From the NCBI GenBank assembly GCA_000004985.1, contig GG738902.1: DNA of 64,000 nt. The stretch is one strand, 5' to 3'. Shown piece after piece: positions 1 to 12,287 of this stretch; the stretch's first letter is position 1, and the number at the start of each line of letters is the position of its first letter. The notes beneath the pieces are model-generated. The model was not told the origin of the DNA and made no database searches. It saw nothing but the letters and a program-made list of their open reading frames with translations. Source of the DNA: Naegleria gruberi (Eukaryota). A program made the translations under genes and the position numbers.

Positions 1-322
1 AACTTTTTTTATATTTTGATAAAATTCCATTTAAAGTATTTAATAAATCTAAAAATAAACCATCAATTTTATAAATTTCATTTTTACATTCAATATTAAA
101 AGAAGCAAATCTAGCAATTAAAGAAATTGCTTGATTAATAATTTCAATTGGAATTACAATATTTTTTTGTTTTAAAATATTATTATATACTAAATTTAGT
201 AAATCATATTTAATAAATAATTTTTTAAAATACATTTGATCTAAATGATATTTATGTTTAATATCTAAATTTGCAATTCTAGGTCCATTACAAATACAAT
301 TTAAAATAAATAAAATTTTAAA

Positions 323-1448
323 TTAAATTTCAAATAAATTTTTTTCAATTGAAATTTTTAATAATAAAATAAATAATTCAAAATTATTTTCAAAAATAAC
401 ATTATATACATTTATAATAAATTCACTAATTTCAATTCTATCATATGGATTATTATAATATTTTACAAATAATTCACAATATTCAATTACTGGTTTTAAT
501 ATTATTTTTATATTTTCAATAAATTTATTAAAACCTTCTTTTAATTCTTCATTTGTAATATTATTACTATTTATGGAACTAATTAAAGATAAATTATTAA
601 TAATATAATTATTAATATCTGGATATTGATTTAATATTTTAAATAAATGTTGTAATTGTGAATTAATTTCATACATGTCTAATTGTTTACATTGTTTTAA
701 ATATTGTAATTTTGGATTATTTAAATTATTATTTAAATTATTATTAAATAATTGATCATGATAATCACGATAATGATGCATTGAATTTCTATATGATTTT
801 TTATATATTTTATCATTTTCATTATTTAAATTATTATTTAAATTATTATTACTACTTCCAATATTAGTAATATTATTATTCATATTATTATTAATATCAT
901 CAATATTATTATTAGATCTAAATTGTAAAAAGAATTTTTGAACTTTATCATGTACAGAATCTCTTTCTAAATTATAATCTCTTTCTTTTCTTTTTTTAGT
1001 AGAAGAAGATTGATCTTGATCTATCCATATTTGCATAGTTTCTTTAAATTCATCCCATTCAATATTACCATCATTATCTTTATCAAGTAATTTCATTAAT
1101 TGAAATACTTCTTGATCTGTTATTTGTTGTATAAATACATTACTATTTTTTAAATTATAAATCAATTCTTTAACTTCATTAACATCTAGAATATTATTAC
1201 CATCTTTATCAGCTAATCTAAAGGCTTTACGTAATTCACTCTCTTGTAATTCACTTAACTATTATTGTTATTATTATTATATGATAATATGATAATATGA
1301 TAATAGTATTATTATTGGATGGAATGTATAGCATTCATTGGATGATAGGATAGAGTGAGTATATTGGATGAATAGGTTCATTCCGTGTGTTGTGATGATG
1401 ATCATAAAATTACTATTAGTAACTAAATAATATTTTACTTACTGGCAT
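323..1448 (-). CDS. EF-hand calcium-binding protein with a long Asn-rich C-terminal region. Exons join(323..1258, 1443..1448); the first exon is two codons (ATG CCA) followed by a GTAAGT donor.
   Basis: Two canonical EF-hand loops, DKDGNNILDVNE and DKDNDGNIEWDEF. The in-frame stops upstream of 1258 are removed by a GTAAGT...AATAG intron at 1259..1442. The ORF-track start is a TTG. Confidence 0.55.
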
Positions 1449-1583
1449 TTTTTTTTGATTGATGACTCGATTCATAAAAAGCATACATCTCTACTATTTA
1501 GTTAAATAATGATGGATATTTGGTCCATTTCATTGTAAAACATAAACTACTTTATATATATAAAAATAATAAAAATAAATTTA

Positions 1584-2825
1584 TTACAATTTTTGACGAA
1601 TGAAATTTTCCAATTTAATTAAATCAGCAGTGAAAGATCTAATACCACCAGCTAATTTATCAGTAGCACAAGCATCTTCATTCATTTCCCAACGGAATAA
1701 TTTTTCACTCAATTCAACTTTAGTAATTTCAACTTGTTTTGATTTTTCTTCAGATAATTTTAATTCCAATTCATCACATGGAGTTGATGCTAATTGTTTT
1801 AATAAAGTAGGTGAAACTGTTAATAAATCACATCCACATAATTCAGTAATTTCACCAACATTTCTAAATGAAGCTGCCATTACAACAGTTTTATAATTAT
1901 ACTTTTTAAAGTAATTATAAATTGATGTAACTGAAATTACACCTGGATCTTGAGATGGATGAGAAACTACTAATTTTTGATTTTGTACATAATAATCTAA
2001 AATACGTCCAACAAATGGTGAAATTAATGTTACATTAGCTTCAGCACAAGCAATAGCTTGAATCTTGGAAAATAATAATGTTAAATTACAATGAATTCCT
2101 TCCTTTTCTAATACTTTAGCTGCTTCAATACCTATTATTATTATTATTATTATTATTATATTATAGTATTATTATTATTATTATATTATTATTATTATCA
2201 TGATGATCATTGTCAATATATAATGTTGATGATAGGAGTAGAGTGTTGATAGGAGTATTTTAAAAATGATCATGTGTGATGATTGATGAATAAATTAATA
2301 ACATACCTTCCCAAGTACTAGCAATCTTTACAAGTACACGTTCCTTTGCAAATACCAGCTTGTTCATACATTTTAATTAAATGTCTAGCCTTGTCAATAG
2401 TACCTTGAGTATCAAATGAAAGTCTATTATAATATATATTAATAATATTTTAATTAAATATAAATGTATTAATAATATTAATAATATTAAATATATTAAT
2501 ATTAAATATAAACATACCTTGCATCAACTTCAGTTGAAATTCTACCTGGAATAATCTTTAAAATTTCCAAACCAAAGTTAATATTTAATTTATCCAAAGC
2601 AGCTTCTAATAATTTCTTTTCATCATCAACACCAACAGTCTTTTTAGCATATTCAATACCATCTTGTACTAAATGTTGATATTCTGCCATTTGAGAGGCT
2701 TGATAAATTAAACTTGGATTTGTAGTAGCATCTGTTGGTTGATATTCACTTAATAATTTAAAATCACCTGTATCGGCAACAACTGTTGTTACTTTCTTTA
2801 ATTCTGCTAATTGATTGGAACTCAT
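1584..2825 (-). CDS. Transaldolase. Exons join(1584..2131, 2307..2423, 2518..2825). Exon 2 as given carries a +1 frameshift in a T-run near 2350-2352.
   Basis: The translation aligns along its whole length to transaldolase ([10 protein letters not shown]|LSFD..., EQAGI / [45 protein letters not shown]). Introns run GTATGT...AG. The two halves of exon 2 read in frames one nucleotide apart. Confidence 0.85.
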
Positions 2826-3093
2826 TTTTTTTAATTGATTAATTGTTGTTAATGATCTTTCGCTTACGTTCTTTAAAAGGAGGCGACAAGTATTTTATTT
2901 TAGGAAGAAAAGGCGCTTTTCGTTAGAATGGAAAGAGGAGAAACAAAAAGTGCATGCTCAATATTTGATGCGCCAATAAACACCTATTGAATATTGTTTA
3001 GTGTGAGAGGGATGCATTTAATCCTATTCATTTTTACAAAAATTTAATAATAAAATTTAATAATAATAATATAAATTTAATAATAATATAAAT

Positions 3094-6000
3094 TTATAAT
3101 TCATCTAATTTTTCTAAAACTTGTTCTGCATTTAATCTTTCATCTGGATCTCTTTTAACCATATTTAAAATTAAATTAATAAAATTTTCATCATATTGAA
3201 TATTATTTTCTGAAGAATTTTTAGCAATTTTTTCACGTAAAGTAGTAAATAATTTCTTTTCATCACCCATAAATTTCATAACTAAACCAGTGATTGAAGT
3301 ATTCATATCTAATGACATTAATTGATAAAAAGTAACACCTAATGCAAATATATCAGATGCATGTGCATGTTTACGTAAAGTTTCTTGATCATTTTGATCA
3401 TCTTGATCATCTTGTTCTTCTTCTGACATACCTTGTTGCATCATGAATAATTCAGGTGACATGTATTGTAATGTACCTGCAAATGAAGCACTACTTGCAG
3501 AATCACCAACTGATTTAGCTAAACCAAAATCTCCTAATACAATATCTAATTCATTATTTTCTAAATTCATTGATCTAATCATTATATTATGTGGTTTAAT
3601 ATCACGATGTACCATTTGTTTTTCTTCATATAAATATAATAATGCTTCACACATACATCTTAATGATGTTTTTAAAATTTCACAAGAGAGACAAATCTTT
3701 TTTTTTAAAATCTTTTCTGCCAAATCACCACATGGTATAAATTCCATTTCAATACACATTGTATTTTTATCATTCAATGATCCTGATGTACCCATTTGTA
3801 ATACATAGGCATCATGAACTTTTAATACATTTTCATGTTGTAATCCACATAATCTAAATGCTTCTCTTAATGATCTATTCAATTCATCTGTAGATACAAA
3901 TTCAATCAATTTAACTGCTCTTGTTTGTGGTGGTGCATTCTTTTTTTTTATAATTTTATCACATTTAAATACTGCTCCAAATCCACCTCTACCTAATAAT
4001 GATATATTACTATACTTTTCTTGCATTAATTCTTCAATAGTTTTGGTTTTTTGTGTAAATGATGTCATTGTACTATTATTATTACCACCACTTGAACTAT
4101 TACTATTGGTACTTCTTTTACTTGAATAGGTTGATATTTCATCCATTGGAAAATCTGATACACTATGATCAATGGAACGTACCATTGAATTTGTCATTAC
4201 AAATGATGAATCACCTCCACCACCTGATCCACTTGAAAATGAATCAAATGATTGTTGTTTGTTATTATTAAAACTATTATTCATATTATTATTCATATTA
4301 TTATTATTGAAACTATTAACACTCATATTATTATTATTAAAACTATTATTATTATTATTAGATGTAATACTCATATTATTATTATAATTGAAACTATTAT
4401 TATTAACACTGTTAGTACTCATAAATGCATTAGGATCAACTGTTACTACATTAGTACCTTGTCTCATTGATACATCTTCAACAATTGGTTGTTGAACTGG
4501 TTGTACAATAGGTTGTTGTTGAACTGATTGAATAATAGGTTGTTGTTGAACAATAGGTTGTTGTTGAATAATTGGATGTTGTACAACAGTTGGAACATTA
4601 CTATTATACATTGTATCATAAACAACACCTTGTTGTGCTGAAACTACAATTGGTTGTTGTTGTACTGATGATTGTAAAGTAATAGTATTATTATTATTAT
4701 TATTAATAGTATTATTATTATTAATTGTATTATTATTATTAATTGAATTATTATTATTATTAATTATTGGATTAAATAAAGGAGGTATATTTGTAAATAA
4801 ATCATTAATAATAAAATCCAAATCAATACCTTCAAATTTAGCTCTATTAAAAGCATTAAAATTAGAATCATCTAAAGCATTAACATTTGCACCTCTTTTT
4901 AATAATAATCTAATAATATTTAAATGTTTTTTAGAAATTGCAGCATGAAGTGGAGTGATTAAATGTTGAATTGATTTTTCCAAATTACATTCATTAAAAG
5001 ATAATAACCATTCAACACTTTTTAAATTACCATCACATACACATGAATATAAAGCAGTTAAATTATTTGAATCATATTCATTTAAAACGTATGGATATTT
5101 TTGTAATAATTGAATTGATTTTTTAAAATCTGATTTTCTAATAGAAATGATAAAATCATCAATTCTATTTAATTTTTTAAATTTAATACGATCTTGTATT
5201 AATTTTAAATCTAATTGTGAAAATTGTGATCTTGAATAACAATCAAAACCATCAATATCTTTTAAAGTTAAATCAGCACCATTTTCAATTAAAATTTCAG
5301 TTATAATTTCCATTTTTTGTGTAATTGCTAATGCACATGGTGTTATATTATCAACACATGGTTTGTTAATATTAACATTATTTTCAATTAAAAATAATAA
5401 AGCATTTAAATTTTGATCACTTGTAACACAATATAATGCATTAAAATTATTAGATGAAAATGAATCAATAACATCTCTACGTTGTTTTAATATTTGTAAT
5501 GCTCTTTCAAAATTATTCTTTCTAACACATAATACAAATTCATCTACCAATGTATTAAATATATTTGAACATTCTTTAATATGTGTAATTAAATCAACAT
5601 TATATCTATTTGCTAATTGAAATATTGTTAAATTTTGTATTACTTGTGATGTATCTGCTCCACATTCTAATAATGCTCTAATTGATAATTCTTTTTTTTG
5701 TGAAACTGCTACAAATAAAGGTGTAAATCCTTGTTGAATTGGATGTGATGGATTACTACCTTCTGATACTAACCATTTTATAGCATCTGGTTTATTATCA
5801 TACGCAACACAATACATTGCTGTAAATTGTTGACTTCCAATTTCATCTATTACATTTCCAAAATAGGCTTTTTTGGATTTTTCAATTATTTTACTAGCTG
5901 ATTTATACTTTTCAGTTCTAACTGATAATATTAATTTATCTACCATTTCAATTTTACATTCTTTAATCAATTCTTCAATTTTATCATCTATTTTTATATA

Positions 6001-6600
6001 TTTTAAATTTGCTCCTCTTTTAATTAAATATTTAATTATTTTTATATTTTCCTTTTCAATTGATACTTGTAAACAAGTCCACCATTGTCCTTCTCCTAAT
6101 AATTGATCTATTTTTATATTACTTTCTTTAATTAATAATTTTACAATTTCTAAATCTCCATTAAAACATGCATAATAAAGTGGTGACTTTATATTATTAT
6201 GATGATTATGTTATTGTGATAATAGATTTGTTATGATTATGTTATGATTATTATGATGGTAATGATTATATATTTGTTATGATAGTTATGATTATGAAAA
6301 TAGTTAGATTGTATAGAGTTAGATTTATATTGTTATATAAATATAAACATACCAACTGTGTTATTATTATTATTCAATATTGTTCAATACCATCATCATC
6401 ATGAGATCAACAACAATAATTATTAATAAAAATAAAAAACAACAACAATAATAACAACATACAAATCTTGAATCAAGAACATTAACATCAACACCTGGTA
6501 ATTTTAAAGCATCTCTAACACCATTAACATTTCTATTAATTGTATTCATCAATAAAGCGGAACTAGCTTCATTAATAACAGGTGTTGTAACGATTGCCAT
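3094..6600 (-). CDS. Ankyrin-repeat protein kinase of about 1077 aa. Exons join(3094..6186, 6463..6600). Asn/Gln-rich linker.
   Basis: C-terminal kinase domain motifs GRGGFGAV, VAVK-like K, HRDIKPHN, DFGLAK. N-terminal ankyrin repeats (SPLYYACFNGDLEIVKLLI..., TPLHAAISKKHLNIIRLLLKRGANVN). The first exon (MAIVTT...DSRF) ends at a GTATGT donor; the 276-bp intron is made of degenerate tandem repeats. Confidence 0.75.
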
Positions 6601-6849
6601 TTTTTTTTAATCAAGTTCATTACCAGCAACAACAAACCTTTTCAAAACATGAGAGATGATGGAAAGAGACATGAATGTTATCTACAGTACTTTTTAACGA
6701 GAGAAATATTTATGAACAGTTATATCTCCATCAAATGTCTCAGGTTCACTAAAAACTGTATGATAATATTACAAAGGTTTGATGATTTGTCCAATTTTGT
6801 TTGCCATGTTATGTTATTTCAATGTATTAAGGTAATGACTACCATATAA

Positions 6850-9120
6850 CAATGAATACACCTCATCCCGTCCGATTTGAGAAGTTAATCATCGCTAGCC
6901 ACATTATGAATTGAGGTTGGAGACAAATTGGGAACTTGTGGTGTTGTCGTCTTAAATTTTTCCTTATCTCCTTATTAAACGAATTACATAATCATCAATT
7001 CATCCTTATAATAAGCAAGAATAAAAAGAATATATAAAAAAGATGAGTTGCAAACAACTCTGTCATTGAATATCCAAATCTTTATCGCATTATTTAACAC
7101 AACCTTGCTCAAATCCAGATATCTGTTGCCAGAGACAAGAAATCATTATGCTGCATTAACCAACCTTTCCAGAATGACATTGAATATCCAATCTGCAACT
7201 CTTTTTATTTGACTTGAATTTGTAGCTAAATCAATGAAATCAGTACAAAATCCTAACACAGCACTTATTAAAATTCATTAACCCATCAACATAGCAACTT
7301 TGGATTACGATAACAATAATTGTTGTTTAACCACGTTATGAATATATTGAACAGGGCTAGTAGTGACAACGTATGAAACACCATAGCTTAAGATATACTT
7401 ATCATGAATTGTTAGTGTTTTAAATGATGGTGCTTACTAACATATAATACTGTACTGATGCAGTAATCACAATTACATGATGTCTTCAAGTTAAACGGAA
7501 TTTCTTTCGTGCGTTCATTTGTGTTTAGTGTAACATACACATCTATACCTCAAGTGTATCGTAAGATTATCAATAGCACATTCAATATTTTGAACATACA
7601 CCACCGTTGTTTCAACAATTACTTTGATTTAGCAATAAATGTCTAGATATACAATACTTACGTATTTTCCTTTCTACTATGGTATCAACACAAAAGTCCT
7701 GCTTGCGAACTCAAGTATCTAAAATATTTAACAATTTTCAAGTCGTTACGTAGGCTTCATCTTTCATTGTTTAGTCTTGGCCGCTTTGTTTTCCGCATCT
7801 TGGTGAAATAAACATTGATTTGAATTTAGAATTGGTGTTCTAATTTTAAGTAATCACTCTACTCTAATAATTTACCAAGCCTTTTGTAAAGCACCATAAT
7901 TCTTATGGAAAAATGTGAACATCAAAAGAGACCATCATTATGAATATATTGTAACACGTGAACATTTCAACCAATAATTGAACAATCATTTTCAAAGCTT
8001 TTTCAAAATCTACTTTTACATCTATGAAACATGAATGATTCAACTGTTCCAAAATATTCTAGAAAGTATTTAAACTGATATTGTTCAGTATCAGTCTTTG
8101 TTATATCACGTCTTTACTTGCTAAAAAACCATAAGTGTACACACCAAGATTTAGAGTGGTAAAGAAACCACCTTGCATATTGAATTTCCATTGAGTCACA
8201 AACTTTCAAATTTGGTTTTACAATGAGAGGTCAATTTGGTAATTTTTCTATTAATGATAATGAGCTCATTGAAACTATTTTCATTGGAATAGAAGGTTCA
8301 GAGGCTTTTCCCTCTACAACCTTGTTGAGTAAACTCTCATACTCCTTCACAAAGACATTGAAATACTATTACCATTCAATTCACTTGGAACTACATCAAG
8401 TAAGGAAAGCTTACAAATAAATTCTCTACCCTTGTCTTTACACCATTTTGGAATCAAAGTTTTCCTACTTGACGACGACAACACAATAAACTTTTGTAAA
8501 AACTGAAAATCATGACCACATTAAGAATCTCAAGATAAACTTTTCTTGCTTCAACTTGTTTCCTTTTTTTTCGTTGTGATTCCTCTCCTTGATTTAAACT
8601 TCATGAGGATTTAAGTTTATAATTATCTCGTCTTATTTTTTCTTCTTCTTTTAAAAGCTTAAGGAGACTAACTCAACAGAAAAAAGAAGCGAGAAATAGT
8701 TCTAAAATTCCTCATCAACAAATTCATCTGATTGTGACCCCCACGGTGGGCGATTCCTTTTGGCATTTTCTGGCTTTTGATGAAAGAATCTGATTTTCAA
8801 TATCGTTTGTTTGAATATATTTTAATCATAGGTTTCCAATCTATCTCAATAGTAACAGGATTTCTCTTGTCAATTGTTTTTGCATCCCCAAACAATATCA
8901 TTGATAGGTTTCTTTCCATTCTTCTTTTCTGAACTAGTTGATACTATATGACCATCTCTCTCTCAATTATCTTAACAGGTCTTTTGTGAAATTGTTTGAA
9001 CACAATTATAATATTGTTATAGAATAGATGCCATTTTCTTAAAACTAGTTTTCTAATAAATTAGTAAAATACTCATTTCCCGTCAATGTTTCATTTAACA
9101 CACAATAAAAAAAATACTCT
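6850..9120. other. About 2.3 kb ORF-poor island with different composition (higher GC, no Asn-codon bias). No intact ORF longer than 65 aa. It contains a 26-bp copy of the tRNA-Lys 3' end.
   Basis: No long ORFs on either strand. The base composition differs visibly from flanking AT-rich coding DNA. Short local direct and inverted repeats are present, for example cattgaatatccaa(a)tc at 7063 and 7178, flanked by gagttgca ... tgcaactc. Confidence 0.3.
8736..8761 (+). repeat. Exact 26-bp direct repeat of the tRNA-Lys 3' end (16 nt) plus its 10-nt 3' flank including the TTTT tract. The second copy is at 10181..10206.
   Basis: gacccccacggtgggcgattcctttt is identical at 8736..8761 and 10181..10206. 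The sequence diverges immediately on both sides. Confidence 0.8.
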
Positions 9121-9149
9121 ACTACCACAGCCATCATCATATCATCATC

Positions 9150-9986
9150 ATGATGTCATGTTATCGTTATCTATTATTTAATCATAATAATAGTAAATCA
9201 TCATCATTATCATCTACAACAACAATAAAATTATATCATCATCAACATTTAAATAAACAACAATATAATAATACAATATTATTTCTACTTCCAATACTAT
9301 TAATATTATTATTATTTATACAATCATCATTATCTATTAATTCTATTAATTTAAATAATTTAAATAATTTAAATAATTCTAATAATTCATCATTAAATAA
9401 TTCAACATTTGAATGTGTATCATTACCAAATTTAAAAAGTTCAAAATGTGGATATATAGGATTTAATGTATCAATAAATTCAAGTTTAACATTTGAACAA
9501 GTAGAAATGGAAATTGAAAATGAATATAATAATTTATTTAAATATTTAGAAAATAAAATTAGTAAAAATATAAGTAAATTTGATAATGAATGTAATTCAA
9601 CAATATTAAATTATATATGTTCATCTACTTATCAAAGATGTAAAAATTCTAATACAAGATATGATGTATGTGATAGTATTTGTAGAAATTTATTTTCTAA
9701 TTGTATTTCATTATCTTTATATGAATATCAAAATGATATTGATAATGAAGGTTATATTTATTGGATTGAAAGAGAATTTTGTGGTAAACCTACTAAACCT
9801 TTACATCCTGTACCACCTCTATGTACTAATATTTTAGATCAAACTCAACAATTAATTGTTTTAATTTCTTTAATTATTTTATTATGTTTTTTAATTTTAA
9901 TCATTTTATTAGGTGGTTTTATGAGTTTTTGTTATTATAAAAAACATGCAAATTCTGATAAAAAATATAATATTTTAAAAAATTAA
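9150..9986 (+). CDS. Cysteine-rich type-I membrane or secreted protein, possibly with a Frizzled-CRD-like cysteine pattern. It has an N-terminal hydrophobic segment and a C-terminal TM helix.
   Basis: A hydrophobic signal-like stretch LFLLPILLILLLFIQS. Ten or more spaced Cys residues (CVSLP...C...C...CSSTYQRC...CDSIC...C). A C-terminal TM segment LIVLISLIILLCFLILIILL followed by a basic tail. Confidence 0.4.
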   Translation: MMSCYRYLLFNHNNSKSSSLSSTTTIKLYHHQHLNKQQYNNTILFLLPILLILLLFIQSSLSINSINLNNLNNLNNSNNSSLNNSTFECVSLPNLKSSKCGYIGFNVSINSSLTFEQVEMEIENEYNNLFKYLENKISKNISKFDNECNSTILNYICSSTYQRCKNSNTRYDVCDSICRNLFSNCISLSLYEYQNDIDNEGYIYWIEREFCGKPTKPLHPVPPLCTNILDQTQQLIVLISLIILLCFLILIILLGGFMSFCYYKKHANSDKKYNILKN

Positions 9987-10123
9987 TATTTTTGAAATAA
10001 AATTTAAATTATTAATTATTAATTATTTTAAATTGAGTTTTGAGATAAAATTTTGTTTCACTTGCTTATTACTAGTTTCTTTATCCTTAATGATGACTAA
10101 GGGATGATTATTAAATCAAACGT

Positions 10124-10196
10124 GGCCCGTCTAGCTCAGTCGGTAGAGCGCAAGGCTCTTAACCTTGTGGTCGTGGGTTCGACCCCCACGGTGGGC
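10124..10196 (+). tRNA. tRNA-Lys with anticodon CUU.
   Basis: Cloverleaf built by hand. The 7-bp acceptor stem GCCCGTC/GGTGGGC has G-U pairs. D arm TAGCTCAGTCGGTAGAGC. Anticodon stem CAAGG/CCTTG with loop CTCTTAA, giving anticodon CTT. T arm GTGGG-TTCGACC-CCCAC with internal A and B boxes. It is nearly identical to the eukaryotic tRNA-Lys(CUU) consensus. Confidence 0.9.
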
Positions 10197-10202
10197 GATT
10201 CC

Positions 10203-10206
10203 TTTT
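10203..10206 (+). terminator. Pol III terminator T-run 6 nt downstream of the tRNA-Lys 3' end.
   Basis: TTTT lies immediately after the discriminator base plus ATTCC. Confidence 0.5.
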
Positions 10207-10347
10207 AATTTATAAGATATTTATCTCTGTTATTTGTAAATCCAATTTAATTTAGGTTCTCCAAAGTTTTGCTAATATTTTTTATTTATTCTTTATTATT
10301 TGACAAATAAATTGATTTTTGAAATATTTTTAATGTTCAACAAAAAA

Positions 10348-11007
10348 ATGGCTCCAAAGAGAAAGAATGACACAGCACAATCAGATGTCCACCAGAAAAA
10401 GAAGAAAGTAGCAAATGATGAGGAAAATGTAGATGAAGAATCACATCATGAAACAAGTAAAAATTATATAGAATCAAAATTATTTAAATCTTCATTTTCG
10501 GAGGGTGGTTCTTTTAAATTATCAGCAGCTTTTAATGAAGATGAAGAGGATGAAGAAGAGGAAGAAATGTATGAACAATTATCAGAACAACAACAAGAAC
10601 AACAACAATCGGAAAGTACAATGATTGATAGAACATCTTCACATAATATTAGAATTTGTAAAGATCCTTCATCATTACCAACTCCCAATTGGAATTTATC
10701 ATCAAAATATAATAAGAAACAATCATTTCTATTTCCTCTCTTACCACTTCAGACAGCCAAAGTAATTGTTGAAAAACAAGTTAAAGATAATTCCTATAAG
10801 AATATATTTCAAGATGTATCAGTAACTTCAATAATACAGAATAATTTTAGAGATTTTGGAATGTATGGACAAACATTCTTTAGAAAGAATAATTCAGAAG
10901 CCTTGAGAAAACCTGCTCATGAACAAGTTTCAATTTCTAGAGCTAATAGATTGAGATTACTTATTCAAAATATTGAAGGTAAACATAAGAGTAAGAATAA
11001 ACATTAA
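10348..11007 (+). CDS. Hypothetical charged protein with a basic N-terminus (MAPKRK...) and an acidic, Gln-rich middle. The ORF-track start at 10300 is a less likely upstream start.
   Basis: Long ORF with eukaryotic codon usage. There is no recognisable domain. Confidence 0.4.
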   Translation: MAPKRKNDTAQSDVHQKKKKVANDEENVDEESHHETSKNYIESKLFKSSFSEGGSFKLSAAFNEDEEDEEEEEMYEQLSEQQQEQQQSESTMIDRTSSHNIRICKDPSSLPTPNWNLSSKYNKKQSFLFPLLPLQTAKVIVEKQVKDNSYKNIFQDVSVTSIIQNNFRDFGMYGQTFFRKNNSEALRKPAHEQVSISRANRLRLLIQNIEGKHKSKNKH

Positions 11008-11026
11008 TTTATGTACATATTGAAAT

Positions 11027-11740
11027 TTAATCATCATTTTCTTCATCATCAGACGAATCTGCTTCTTCCTCAGAATCATCATCATCATCACCTCCAACAA
11101 TAGCTTCCTTAGAATATTTAATAAGGTTACTATTGAAATGGAAAGTAATAAAGCCTAGAACTGCACCAACAATCCACATTATAAAACCACCAACAACAAA
11201 AGCAATATTAACTGCACCAAGATTAGTGACAATGGTTGAAGTACCACAACTTCCATAGAAAGCATAAACACTAAATGTAATATAACTCATCAATAATATA
11301 ATTCCCATCAAACCTTTACCCAATAACACTAGTGAACTGAATGTATCAGTTTTACCTCTAAGTTTGTATGAATCAAAAACCATTTCTAATATTGTTGCTC
11401 CAACGTGCCCTAGATTAAATAATGCACTCACTAATTCCATGATAGCTATTGTTATGAATAAGTTATTAATATAAACATATAGACAGGTTTTTGTGTTACC
11501 AGCAGATTGGCATCCCTTATTCGTTATTCCAAAGGAAACAAATCCCCAAATAACCATCACTAAATTAAAAACAGCCGATAAACTTGATAACCCTATCGAC
11601 ACGTAAAATTTTGTCTTATCTTCCTTAGTTTGTCTCTTCCAACCAATCTTCGTTCTTACTGGGAATGGCTTTTTCTTCTTCTTACCCTTCTTTGAAGGTT
11701 TTTGGTGATGAGCCACTTCTCCCTCTGGTTGTGCTGGCAT
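11027..11740 (-). CDS. Hypothetical four-pass membrane protein with a basic N-terminus and an acidic Asp/Glu/Ser tail.
   Basis: Four hydrophobic helices. The KKGKKKKK motif sits near the N-terminus and DDDDDSEEEADSSDDEENDD at the C-terminus. Confidence 0.5.
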   Translation of the reverse strand: MPAQPEGEVAHHQKPSKKGKKKKKPFPVRTKIGWKRQTKEDKTKFYVSIGLSSLSAVFNLVMVIWGFVSFGITNKGCQSAGNTKTCLYVYINNLFITIAIMELVSALFNLGHVGATILEMVFDSYKLRGKTDTFSSLVLLGKGLMGIILLMSYITFSVYAFYGSCGTSTIVTNLGAVNIAFVVGGFIMWIVGAVLGFITFHFNSNLIKYSKEAIVGGDDDDDSEEEADSSDDEENDD

Positions 11741-12287
11741 TTTTTTTACTAGTAAGTTTTGAATATTTTACCGCCAATTTCGATGGTTTGTGATGGAAAG
11801 CAGTTTTACAGCTTTAAGGTTCTTAGTGGATCAAACGGAAAAAAGTACAACCAAGTTTTTTATTCAATAGCCATCATCAGAATCATCACCATCATGAATA
11901 ATGTCACATCATTTATATTTCAAGAAGGATAATATATCTTATTTTTCCATAGGATTGATGACATTGGTGATTTGTTATAAGGGCGATGATATGCATTCAT
12001 TAGACATTATTCAAAACTCTCAAAATGACGATTCAGCAGTACGTAAATTGGCGATTCTGGTTTTCCGTTACATACTAGTTATAACGGTTACAAACCAAAT
12101 TAAGGCTCTTCAATTCCTTAATTATGAAATCTTACGTTTGGATATAAAAAGTGTTGGTTACAATATGAACATCAGCTATTGAATTTATGATCCATTCAAT
12201 TACAATTTAGAAGAATTGATGGTAATATTCCACTCTACAAAAGAATATTTTATTAAATAATAAATTATATAATAATTTTATAATAAA

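Noticed and set aside
4059-4470. Overlapping antisense and alternate-frame ORFs (4059..4271, 4172..4387, 4252..4470; likewise 22494..22963, 44697..45191, 59630..60063 and 12503..12697)
   Set aside because: They lie within low-complexity Asn/Lys/Glu-rich coding repeats of a longer gene on the other strand or frame. Their translations are homopolymeric (poly-I, L, F or K), which is typical of spurious ORFs.
6649-6849. ORFs 6649..6849 and 8223..8420 inside the ORF-poor island
   Set aside because: They are short (65-66 aa) with no domain, no local codon bias and no splice signals, so they are most likely random.
7265-7280. AACCCATCAA resembling the Dictyostelium upstream sequence element (DUSE, [AT]CCCAYAA) of ncRNA genes
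   Set aside because: It does not fit the consensus, with TCAA instead of YAA, and there is no plausible structured RNA 60 nt downstream.
7650-7665. ATACTTACGT resembling the U1 snRNA 5' end (ATACTTACCTG)
   Set aside because: It mismatches at the critical position, and the downstream sequence does not continue as U1 (no GGCAGGGGAGATACC or Sm site). No U2, U4, U5 or U6 consensus blocks were found in the ORF-free island either.
8718-8733. 15-mer attcatctgattgtg shared between 8718 and 45717
   Set aside because: A 15-nt match is expected by chance a few times in a 64-kb AT-rich window. Nothing around either copy is similar.
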